A stretch of DNA of 64,000 bases, from positions 744,001-808,000 of the forward strand of contig CAWKCK010000017.1 in the NCBI GenBank assembly GCA_963848135.1. The letters run 5' to 3'. The notes under the pieces are model-generated. The model was given only the letters and a program-made list of their open reading frames with translations, did not search any database and was not told where the DNA came from. The DNA is from an uncultured delta proteobacterium. Lineage in GTDB: Bacteria > Desulfobacterota > Desulfobacteria > Desulfobacterales > SG8-13. The translations under genes were made by a program, and so were the position numbers. This document shows, one piece after another, positions 9,504-18,552 of this stretch. Each line of letters opens with the position of its first letter. Position 1 is the stretch's first letter.

Positions 9504-11507
9504 TTACAACTTCTGGGCCCAGACCGTATCCCCCAGTTTATTTTTAATGCTGAGTGTCAATTCTGAGAGATATCGATCCGCGTCCGGTGCTTGCAGCGCC
9601 CGCTGATAGAAACGCCGGGCCCACTCCTTATCCTTTAAGTAAGTCAGCGCGCATTCTGCCAGAAAACTCAGGTCGCGGGCCCCGGAGATCTTTTTCTCGG
9701 CCGATTGGATCACCTCTTTTACAACTCCCGGATCACCGGTTTGTCGATCGGCCGACCGGACCAAGATTTCATAGTCATCGGCGTTCTCACACAAAGTTTC
9801 GGCCTTGGCATACAGGGACCGGGCACGATCCATGTCCCCAAGGCCGGATAGAGCGGCACCGGCAGCAGAAGTGCAGCTGACCACATCGGCACAAGCCTCT
9901 GCGGCTTTTTCGAAGAGTTGGCCGGCCCATTGTTCATCCCCCATTTTTCCCAGTACGACCCGAGAGAGGCGCACGAAATCACTTGAATTGCGGCAACGGG
10001 ATTCCAGGCCGGAGTAGATTGTCTTGGCCCACTCTTTATCCGCGAGATTGGTCAATATGCCGTCAACCACATTGTTGGTCTTGACCTCTTCATCACACTT
10101 TTCCAACTGCGTAGTATAGATTTCTCGGACCCAATCGGCGTCCTGCAGATCGGCGGAGATGGCATCGGCCAGCGTCAAATATTCAGGAAAATACTGACTC
10201 CTTTCAGCAGCTATCTTGTATAGTTTGCGCGCGTAATGTTTGTCTCCGGTCTGGCTAACCACGTCCCTGGCCAGTGCCACTGTGGCGCCTGCGGTTTGGG
10301 ATTCGGTTTCGCGACCGATGAATTCGGTGTAGAGGCCCGCATTGGCCTCTCTTCGTTCCTGCTGATCCTTTATTGCCTCTACCCATTTTGGGTCATCGGC
10401 GTACTTCAGAATGGCTTCAGCGGTCTTCTTGAACTCGTCATTGCTCTTCACTGCCAACTCAGCCTGCTTCAGGACGTTGAGTGCGGCAGGCTTATCTTGA
10501 ATCTCCTCGGCCAAAGCGCTAGAGACTTCGAGGAGCTGCTTGGAATTCGGATTAATGTTCAAGGTCTTTTGATAGACCACTGCAGCAGCCTCGGTGTTAC
10601 CGGTATCAGCAACAATGGCTTTGGCCAACTTTGACAACTGGTCAAACGTGGTCGAGAGAGGCTCAGCCTTTTTGTATATATCCAGGGCCAAGTCCTTGTC
10701 TTCGAGCGACTGGATTATTGACTTTGCCAAGGGCAGCAATTCTTCGGCCTTTTTCAAACGATCGGCCGCTTTACGATAAATTGTCTTGGCATATTCCGGA
10801 TCTTTCAAGTCTGCAACCGCGGACCCTGCCAGCGCAATCAAATCTTGGCCGGCTTCGAGACTGGATTCCCCTTTGGCATACAGCGTGCGCGCCAAATCGA
10901 CGTCGTCGAGGCTCTCGATAACCCCTTTGGCCAGCTGGGCATAATCAGCCCCGGTTTTACAGCTTTCAGCCGCCTGATCGAAAATACCCTTGGCCCGCTT
11001 CTGATCGCCAAATACTTCCAGTATGCCACTGGCGCATTCAATATGATCGGCCACCGAGGCGCATTTTTCCATCGCTGCATCGACGGTGTTTTTCGCCAGT
11101 TCCTCGTCGCCTAGAATTTCTTGGATATTTTTGCTCAAAGCGAAAAAATCGGCAATGCGGTTACATTTGCCTTGAGCAGCGGCCATAAGTTCGGATGCAA
11201 CCTCAGCTTCGTCTATTTCAGATGCCACGCGCGCTAGATTAATAAAATCCTGCGTTGTGGCACCGAAATCCTTGGCCTGAACCAGGTACTGCTTGGCCTT
11301 ATCCTTATCCCCCAGCGCATCTGCGGCACCCTTGGCGAACAATATCAATTCGTCCACGGTCTGTGCCCATTCGGCACCTTCATCCAGCAATTCGCCGGCC
11401 CACTGCGTATCGGAAAGTTCCTGAGCGATTTCCTTTGCGACATTCACATAGTCTTCTGAAGTTTGACAACCTTCTGCTTTCTCTTCCAATTCTTCCTTCG
11501 TGCTCAC
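9504..11507 (-). CDS. 667-aa alpha-helical (TPR-like) repeat protein of unknown function
   Basis: Long ORF, GTG start after GGAGG; recurring ~37-aa unit D-x-x-(W/Y/L)-A-x-x-(L/I)-Y-x-x-A. Confidence 0.8.
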   Translation of the reverse strand: MSTKEELEEKAEGCQTSEDYVNVAKEIAQELSDTQWAGELLDEGAEWAQTVDELILFAKGAADALGDKDKAKQYLVQAKDFGATTQDFINLARVASEIDEAEVASELMAAAQGKCNRIADFFALSKNIQEILGDEELAKNTVDAAMEKCASVADHIECASGILEVFGDQKRAKGIFDQAAESCKTGADYAQLAKGVIESLDDVDLARTLYAKGESSLEAGQDLIALAGSAVADLKDPEYAKTIYRKAADRLKKAEELLPLAKSIIQSLEDKDLALDIYKKAEPLSTTFDQLSKLAKAIVADTGNTEAAAVVYQKTLNINPNSKQLLEVSSALAEEIQDKPAALNVLKQAELAVKSNDEFKKTAEAILKYADDPKWVEAIKDQQERREANAGLYTEFIGRETESQTAGATVALARDVVSQTGDKHYARKLYKIAAERSQYFPEYLTLADAISADLQDADWVREIYTTQLEKCDEEVKTNNVVDGILTNLADKEWAKTIYSGLESRCRNSSDFVRLSRVVLGKMGDEQWAGQLFEKAAEACADVVSCTSAAGAALSGLGDMDRARSLYAKAETLCENADDYEILVRSADRQTGDPGVVKEVIQSAEKKISGARDLSFLAECALTYLKDKEWARRFYQRALQAPDADRYLSELTLSIKNKLGDTVWAQKL

Positions 11508-11764
11508 TTATCCCTCCTTTGTCAAGGTGATTTTGGGTTTGTATCGAAATGGTCATAACATCCGTCAATCGGCACGGCGTGAAAAAGGCCATTTAAGTGC
11601 GGTCACCGGAAAACGCGGCGCAACCGCTTATGTATTGTCCTACATCGTCGAACTTGGAGTTGTCAATCGGCAAACTTGTTTAGCACAAGAAAGGTTTTTC
11701 GGAATTTATCTTTGAGAAGTGGTATAACCATGTCGCTCATCTTTCCGTTCCATCAGCACAATAG

Positions 11765-11833
11765 CTTGTTTCTGTCATTGGCTCATTCGGGCTTCGGATT
11801 TGTTTCGGATTCCGATATTCGAATTTCGGATTT
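11765..11833. repeat. short TTCGGAT-type tandem/REP-like intergenic repeat
   Basis: TTCGGGC TTCGGAT TTG TTTCGGAT TCCGATA TTCGAAT TTCGGAT TT. Confidence 0.5.
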
Positions 11834-11904
11834 ATCAGTGCGCCCTATACGGCATCACCACTGCAACATGACCACGCCCATAGGACGCGGTTTCCGACTG
11901 CAGG

Positions 11905-12342
11905 CTATACGGGAACCATTACGACCGGCACGGCGCTGCATTTTAGAACCCTTTCGGCCACACTTCCAAAATCAAAATGTCCCTCACTGCCGCGGTTGGT
12001 CAGGACGATCAGCTCGATCTTTTCCGCATCGATAAGCTTCAGGATTTCATTGGCCGGTTCGCCAACACTGATGTGACGGATGTAGAGTGGGCAGGCATTT
12101 AAAAATTTTTCGCACAGCTTGTCCAGCCGGGATTCGGCCGTCTTCTTTTCCCAGGCCCGCATCTTTTCGAATTCATTCGGATCATATTCGCCGTAATGAA
12201 CACCGAATTCGGGGTAGTCTTTTAAAACGTAGAGGATGTGGATTTCAGCACCGTATTTTTCAGTCAGCGACGTCACATAGGGAAGGGCTTTAGCGGCGTT
12301 CTCCGAAAAATCGGTCGGCCAAAGTATCTTGTTGATCTCCAT
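11905..12342 (-). CDS. universal stress protein (UspA family)
   Basis: ILWPTDFSENA..A and FGSVAERVLK..VPVVMV. Confidence 0.92.
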   Translation of the reverse strand: MEINKILWPTDFSENAAKALPYVTSLTEKYGAEIHILYVLKDYPEFGVHYGEYDPNEFEKMRAWEKKTAESRLDKLCEKFLNACPLYIRHISVGEPANEILKLIDAEKIELIVLTNRGSEGHFDFGSVAERVLKCSAVPVVMVPV

Positions 12343-12417
12343 GAAACCTCTCTCCCTCTTTCGTAATGAAATCTATTTAGAGGTGATTGTTTTGCCAGTT
12401 ACTGTACAAACGTTCTT

Positions 12418-13443
12418 TCACTTACCAAACGGGCACTTGGGATAAAGACATTCGGGGCAGTTCAGGCAAAGCCCGCCGTGGCCCATCTGCGCAATCTGTT
12501 CCCTGGTCAGATCCTCACCGGCAAGGACTCTCGGTAGAATCAAGTCCAGGATGGTGGTTTTGTGGTAGAGACCGCAAGCCGGGATTCCGATAACAGGGAC
12601 GCCGCCCACGGCGGCCACCATCAGCATGGCGCCCGGCAGAACCGGCGCGCCATAGCTTTCGGCCCGGCCACCGGCCATCCGGATGCCTTCCCGGGTCACG
12701 TCATCCGGATCGACGGACATCCCGCCAGTGGTCAGAATCAAATCGGCTCCGGCGGCAAGCCACCGCCGAATCTCGCTCGAAATGGCTGCAGCGCTGTCCG
12801 GTGCAAAGGAAACGCCAATGACCTCCGCACCGATGCGGCTGATCTTTTCCCTCAACACCGGCTCGAACTGGTCTTCGATCAGACGCGTGAAGACCTCGTT
12901 GCCGGTAATCACCAGACCGGTCTTGGCCCGAGGTAGTGAAATGACCCGGAAAATACCTTTTCGGGCTTGAGCGATGGCAGCGGCCTGGTGCACCAGGTCG
13001 GTTTTAACAACCAGAGGAATGGCGCGCGTACCGGCCACGATATCGCCTTTTTTCACCAGGCTGTTTGTGTGCCGAGAGGCGCACATGACCTCGCCCAGCA
13101 GGTTGAAACGGGTCAGTCTCTTTACAGCAACTTTCAGCAGGCCGTCACGATCGGCCAGAAGGTTGAGCTTTCCTTCGCGGGGTTCGGCCTCCGGTACCAC
13201 TCCCTCCCCACATAGGGCTTCGGCCAGAATAACGGCAGCATCGTTTTCATGTATGTGCCTGTCATCGGTGTCGAGAACGAAAAGATGCTGTTTGCCCAAC
13301 CGCTGAAGGTGGCACAAATCCGATTCCCGAACCACGTGTCCCTTCTTGAAGGCCCGGCCCTTGAACTCGCCTCTGCGCACTTCGGTCACATCATGCGCCA
13401 GGACCAGACCCACGGCATCTTCAATATTCACGGTTCGGAACAT
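12418..13443 (-). CDS. molybdopterin-binding (MoeA/MoCF-like) protein with C-terminal Cys cluster
   Basis: TGNEV, TGGMSVDPDDVT, YGAPVLPG; C-terminal GGLCLNCPECLYPKCPFGK. Confidence 0.85.
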   Translation of the reverse strand: MFRTVNIEDAVGLVLAHDVTEVRRGEFKGRAFKKGHVVRESDLCHLQRLGKQHLFVLDTDDRHIHENDAAVILAEALCGEGVVPEAEPREGKLNLLADRDGLLKVAVKRLTRFNLLGEVMCASRHTNSLVKKGDIVAGTRAIPLVVKTDLVHQAAAIAQARKGIFRVISLPRAKTGLVITGNEVFTRLIEDQFEPVLREKISRIGAEVIGVSFAPDSAAAISSEIRRWLAAGADLILTTGGMSVDPDDVTREGIRMAGGRAESYGAPVLPGAMLMVAAVGGVPVIGIPACGLYHKTTILDLILPRVLAGEDLTREQIAQMGHGGLCLNCPECLYPKCPFGK

Positions 13444-13466
13444 GGTAACCACCTAAAACCTGGAGT

Positions 13467-14129
13467 TTACGGATGCTTACTATCAGGCGCGCAACCGACC
13501 ACGTGAAGATTTCGCCGCGCGACAACCTGATAATAGCCCTCACCCCGGCAGGCCTTGCAAACAGGTCCCTGGACGGCTGCATAGGCCTCGCCACACCGGT
13601 CGCAAACGACGGTAGCGTCCTTTTTGATCCGCCGATACAACCCGGTCATGCAGATTTCCTCAGCCGATAGCACGTTTCGCCCGGCGTCGATAATCGTGGC
13701 ATTGAGAATGTCCAGGGGGAGATCTTTTTTGCTTACCAGACGCATGTACCAGTTGTAAAGATTCTTGATTGGCCGCGCCTTTACAAGGTCCAGCCAGACG
13801 CGGTAGCCGTTGCGTTCGTGCCGGTCGTAGAGACTCAGAGCAAACTTGTCCCAGTCCAGGATCTTGAGCCAACCGTTGCCGACGGTGCAAGGGGTAAACA
13901 GCTGAATCGCATCCGGCAGGCAATGCCGGGTCTCGACAATCGCATCGGCCTCGACCCCCTCGCCAATCAGCTCGCGGGCCCAGTCCACCATGAAGAGTCC
14001 CAAAACCAGGCCCGGGGCCTGCCAACCGTGAAATCGCTCGATAATCTGCAAACACGCCGCCAGTGGCCGACCACAGACGTTTGTGTCGAGCGGCCCACTC
14101 CCATGGTTGATAAGGGTTCTCTTTTCCAT
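13467..14129 (-). CDS. FmdE-family protein with C-terminal CxxC..CxxC finger
   Basis: FHGWQAPGLVLG, CLPDAIQLFTPCTVGNG, CDRCGE..CKAC. Confidence 0.85.
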   Translation of the reverse strand: MEKRTLINHGSGPLDTNVCGRPLAACLQIIERFHGWQAPGLVLGLFMVDWARELIGEGVEADAIVETRHCLPDAIQLFTPCTVGNGWLKILDWDKFALSLYDRHERNGYRVWLDLVKARPIKNLYNWYMRLVSKKDLPLDILNATIIDAGRNVLSAEEICMTGLYRRIKKDATVVCDRCGEAYAAVQGPVCKACRGEGYYQVVARRNLHVVGCAPDSKHP

Positions 14130-14165
14130 TGGGATCACCTTTAAGGTTTAGCCCTAAATTTTCAT

Positions 14166-14262
14166 CAATTGGAGGCTTTTATGGCCAAGGCATTTCGAGG
14201 TGATGCTGTAGTCAGTCTACCGCGATCCTCGAATAACGCAGGCCATGGGAGCCTCCGGTTGA
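14166..14262. repeat. long imperfect palindrome (MITE/REP-like)
   Basis: TCAATTGGAGGCTTTTATGGCC ... GGCCATGGGAGCCTCCGGTTGA; internal CAAGGC and AACGCAG shared with the other MITE-like elements. Confidence 0.55.
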
Positions 14263-14410
14263 CTCGAAAGGTGAAATCTTTTCAGCTCTTTCATTAAATC
14301 TTGGGGAGGTACAAAGTGTCGCTCGGTTATACGGTTCATGAGTTTGACCAATGCCCCGATATGGCTATTTTTTTGACCACTCATTGAAAAGATTTCATGA
14401 AAAATTTGGG

Positions 14411-15718
14411 TTAGGCGACGGTTGCGATCTCTTTGATCGCTGCGTACCGGTGCAATACGCCAAAAAGAACCAGTGATAGAACGCCCAGAACGAGAAACAC
14501 CATAAATCCCTGAGCGTAACCGGCCGTTCCGTTGACTTTGACAAAGTATCCCATTAACGGCGGGATCACGAAACCGCCGAAAGCGCCCAGTCCACCGACA
14601 ATACCGGCCGCACCGCCGACGGCCTTGGGGCTGTATTTCGGCACCAGTTTGAAGACGGCGGCATTGGCAAACCCCATTCCGAGGGCCAGGATCATCTGAC
14701 CGGTGATCGCAATGCCCATTGAACTGCCGGCCAACACCATCAGGGCAGCGCCCACGGCCACCATGAGAAAGGACACCAGCACGATGATTTCACCGCCCAG
14801 CCCGTCCGAAACGAAGCCGCCCACGACGCGCAGCAGGCTGCTGGAGAGGGAGTAGAGGGCCGTCAACAATCCGGCCGTCACCAGGGTGGTGGAAAACAGT
14901 TCAGCCCAGTATGTCGGCAGCCAGACCGTCAAGGCGATGAAACCGCCGAAGCTGACGAAGTAGAAAAAGGTCAGGATCCAAGTGCGCCAGTCCGCACCGG
15001 CTTTTTTGATGGAGTCGAGGGCGTTACCCGACGGTATGAGTTCTTCCCCGCAGGCGAGCAACAGGGCGTCCGGATCGATCTCCAATCCCATTTGCCGATA
15101 CTGAAAATAGGGTGCGTCCTTCATGTAGACCACCACGAAAAAGATCAGAAAAACCAGCAGCCCGAACCAGAAGATATAGGAAGTCGTAAATCCTAAAGTG
15201 ACGACCATCCACGGCAGCACCATGGCAAAGAGGCCCGGGGCGAGATTTCCCATCCCGGCATAAATGGCCAGGGCTCTGCCCTGTTTCTTCTGGGGGTACC
15301 AGTAGGACACCGAGGGGATACCGACCGAAAAAACGGCGATACCGCATCCGCACAGAATACCGAAGAGCAGGAAAAAGGGGTAATGAGCGGCCGTAGGCAC
15401 CGGTGCGATACTAAACATCAGGGTGATACCGGCGACGCCGGCTGCGGCCAGGGAAAGCAGAATAAGGATCGGCTTTTTACCGCCCATGCGGTCCACCATG
15501 GCGCCGAAAGGGATCCGCAGCAGGGAACCGGTCAACGCCGGGCAGGCGGCCAGCAGCCCCATCTTGAGAGGGCTCATTGCCATGGTCTGTTTCAGTTTGG
15601 CGATGATCGGCCCGTAGGCTGAAACGCCGGCAAATCCGGCAAAAAAGGCCAGCGTGATCCACACGAGGGCCGCCGTGGGGCTCGACTTGGCATAGCAGAC
15701 GTTTTCATTTTCAGTCAT
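14411..15718 (-). CDS. narK: nitrate/nitrite MFS transporter (NarK family)
   Basis: About 12 TM; GSLLRIPFG, WYP..KQG.A, FGGF, GIVGGLGAFGGF; directly downstream of narI. Confidence 0.88.
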   Translation of the reverse strand: MTENENVCYAKSSPTAALVWITLAFFAGFAGVSAYGPIIAKLKQTMAMSPLKMGLLAACPALTGSLLRIPFGAMVDRMGGKKPILILLSLAAAGVAGITLMFSIAPVPTAAHYPFFLLFGILCGCGIAVFSVGIPSVSYWYPQKKQGRALAIYAGMGNLAPGLFAMVLPWMVVTLGFTTSYIFWFGLLVFLIFFVVVYMKDAPYFQYRQMGLEIDPDALLLACGEELIPSGNALDSIKKAGADWRTWILTFFYFVSFGGFIALTVWLPTYWAELFSTTLVTAGLLTALYSLSSSLLRVVGGFVSDGLGGEIIVLVSFLMVAVGAALMVLAGSSMGIAITGQMILALGMGFANAAVFKLVPKYSPKAVGGAAGIVGGLGAFGGFVIPPLMGYFVKVNGTAGYAQGFMVFLVLGVLSLVLFGVLHRYAAIKEIATVA

Positions 15719-15774
15719 GGGGGTCCTCCTTCTCGCTACGTATCACCCTCCGGCGTGCTGACGTTTATCGCGCA

Positions 15775-16455
15775 TTAATTTCCCAAACCCTTAACCCGCC
15801 GGCGAAAAACAACCGGGCTTCTGAAAATATAGAAAAATGGCGCGCTCCAGATGTGCACCAGGCGACTGAAAGGCGAAAAACCGAGCAAAGCGAACGCACT
15901 GAGAATGTGGATCTTGTACCCCAGGGGAACATTGGCCATCAACTGCGGATCCGGGGTTAACGTCACGATCCCTCGAATCCACGGCGCGATGGTATCCAAA
16001 ACATAGAAGTGTCCGAAGACGACGTTGAAAAGCCCCAGCCCGGTGACAAAGACAAGTCCTCCCAGGATCAAGTAATCGTTGACGGTCGTGGTGACCTGAA
16101 TGCGCCTGAACGTCAGGCGTCGCTTCAGTAAAAGGATCAATCCGGTAAAGGCGGCCACCCCGACCACCAGACCCGACCAATAGGCAATAGCCGAATGCGC
16201 CTGGCCGTCGATGCCGACAGCATCGAACCATGCCTGAGGAATCAGCAGTCCGCCGGCATGGCCCATGAAAGTCAGCAGGATGCCCCAATGGAAAAGCGTT
16301 ATGCCGATAAAAGCGCTCTTTTTTTCCAGAAACTCACTCGATCTTGCATTCCAGTCAAAGGGATCGACGATGTAGCGATAAGCGTGTCCGACCACGAACA
16401 CTGTCAGGCTAAGATACGGAAAAACGAGGAAAGCCAGTGTATTTGACAGGTCCAT
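15775..16455 (-). CDS. narI: respiratory nitrate reductase gamma (cytochrome b) subunit
   Basis: WNARSSEFLE, FHWG..GH, KIH..FSPFSRLVHIW heme His ligands. Confidence 0.95.
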   Translation of the reverse strand: MDLSNTLAFLVFPYLSLTVFVVGHAYRYIVDPFDWNARSSEFLEKKSAFIGITLFHWGILLTFMGHAGGLLIPQAWFDAVGIDGQAHSAIAYWSGLVVGVAAFTGLILLLKRRLTFRRIQVTTTVNDYLILGGLVFVTGLGLFNVVFGHFYVLDTIAPWIRGIVTLTPDPQLMANVPLGYKIHILSAFALLGFSPFSRLVHIWSAPFFYIFRSPVVFRRRVKGLGN

Positions 16456-16494
16456 TGGGTGCTCCTTGGTTGAGTGTATTGCAGGTAATGTTAC

Positions 16495-17079
16495 CTATCC
16501 CGCCGGCGGTTCGACAACTTGCGGGGTCTTCCTGACGTCACGAACAGACGGAGTGACGGTTTGTACGTATTCTGCCAGCAGTTCTAACGGCACCCGGTAG
16601 GGACTATCCAGTTGCAACAGTTTTGCGGCAATGCCGTCGGCCGCACCAAGATGGTGCCATAGCAAATCGGCACCTTCCGCCTGCGGGCATTGGGACAAAA
16701 ACTCGAGTACCAGCGGCAGGTAGTCCGGCAGTTCAGTGGTTGTTCTCTCAAATCCGGCCCGGCAGTATACCTGGTCCAGTTCCGCCAGGGTCCGACCCCT
16801 GTCTTCAGAATCCCCCAGGCTGTGGTAGGTCAAATTCAGGCAAGTGGTCGGACTGATGTCGAAGATCTGGGTGAAGTGTTCCTGCAGGCTGAGGGGTGGC
16901 ATGGCCTCGATATCGGTGAGAAACGCAAGCAGTTTTCTCTTGTTCGGAGAGTCAACCGTATTTTCCACGGTTTGCTTCAGCGCCGCCAACGACCCGATAA
17001 ATCCTTCTTCCGGGTACTGGATCATCACCGAGAGCAGTTTCAACAGAGTGAGTGACCGATCTTTATTGTGCATCGCCAT
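16495..17079 (-). CDS. narJ: nitrate reductase assembly chaperone
   Basis: LTYH..GDSEDRG, ELPDYLPLVLEF; lies between narH and narI. Confidence 0.92.
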   Translation of the reverse strand: MAMHNKDRSLTLLKLLSVMIQYPEEGFIGSLAALKQTVENTVDSPNKRKLLAFLTDIEAMPPLSLQEHFTQIFDISPTTCLNLTYHSLGDSEDRGRTLAELDQVYCRAGFERTTTELPDYLPLVLEFLSQCPQAEGADLLWHHLGAADGIAAKLLQLDSPYRVPLELLAEYVQTVTPSVRDVRKTPQVVEPPAG

Positions 17080-17128
17080 TTTTGGGTATCCCTCCAATCA
17101 CGCAATTAAAAATTTCCCAACTCAGAAG

Positions 17129-18552
17129 CTAAATGCCCTCCGGGTATCCACAGCAGCCCTGTTCGACGAACAAATGGTTTGCGTTCGTTCGGTCTTTGGT
17201 CGGAAGAACAAAGCGGTCCTCGAATCTGGCAAGGGCCAGCAATTCGTACATGGCCTGAACCTGTGCCGGGCTCAGCCCGACGTTCTCCAGCACATCGTCA
17301 TCCGGAGCCTCGCCGATGCGATCCGACCGCATGTAAGTCCGCATGGCCGCCAGGCGTTTCAGTGCCAACCGCACCGGGGCCTCATCGCCGGCAGTCAACA
17401 GATTGGCCAGGTAGGTCATGGGGATGCGCAGGGAATCGATTGCGCTTAACTGCTCCGGCTCGGCCACGTTTTCGCTGATCGGGCTCAATGGCGGAATGTA
17501 CCATACCATCGGCAGCGTTCTGAATTCCGGGTGCAACGGCAACGCCAGTTGCCACTCCTTGGCCAGTTTGTAGACCGGCGATCGCCGGGCCGCTGCGAGG
17601 ATGTTGGGAGCAATGCCCTGGGAGGCGGCGAATTGACGGACCTTGGCATCATGGGGGTCGAGCATGATCTCTAAATGGGCCGGATAGATGTCTCTTTCTG
17701 AAATGGCAGCGGCCGCAGCGGAAATACGGTCGGCATCGTAGAGGACGACACCGATATACCGGATACGCCCCACACACGTCTGGGCGCATAAGGTCGGCAT
17801 TCCGGCTTCTGTCCGCGGGTAACAGAAAAGGCACTTTTCCGAACGACCGGTGTGCCAGTTGAAGTAGACCTTTTTATACGGACAGCCCGACACGCAATAA
17901 CGCCACCCCCGGCATCTCTCCTGGTCCACCAAAACGATGCCGTCCTCCTCGCGTTTGTAAAGGGCACCGGAGGGGCAAGAGGCGACGCAGGCCGGATTGA
18001 GGCAGTGCTCGCACAGCCGCGGGAGATAGAGCATGAAGACTTTTTTGAATTCCAGGTAGATCTTGTGGTCCAACGTGTTGAAGTTAACATCCCCCCCCCG
18101 GTTTCGCAGACGCCGGCCAGGTCGTCTTCCCAGTTCGGCCCCCACTTGATCTGCATGTTGTCGCCGGTAATCTGGGATTTTGGCCGCGTAGAGGGTTGAT
18201 GCTTCTTGCGTGGGCCGGAAATAAGTTTGTCGTAGTCGTATGTCCAGGGTTCGTAATAGTCATCGATGGTCGGCATATCGGGGTTGTGAAAAATGTTGAG
18301 AAGCTTATGGGGCCGGCTACCGGCCTTGAGTGCCAATTTCCCGTTTTCCAACCGCCATCCGCCTTTATAGATGTTCTGGTTCTCCCACTTGCGGGGATAA
18401 CCGATACCGGGTTTGCTCTCCACGTTGTTGAACCACATGTATTCGGCACCCTTGCGGTTGGTCCACACATTCTTACAGGGTATGCTACAGGTGTGGCAAC
18501 CGATACACTTGTCCAGGTTCAACACCATTGCCAGTTGGGCTTTAATCTTCAT
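17129..18552 (-). pseudogene. narH: respiratory nitrate reductase beta subunit, frameshifted in a G9 tract at 18091-18099
   Basis: N-terminal half (DKCIGCHTCSIPCK...WGPNWEDDLAG) and C-terminal half (YLPRLCEHCLNPAC...CVGRIRY) lie in different frames; adding one G gives a 474-aa ORF. Confidence 0.93.

Noticed and set aside
17129..18552. Two separate genes (338 aa and 293 aa)
   Set aside because: They are two halves of one frameshifted narH
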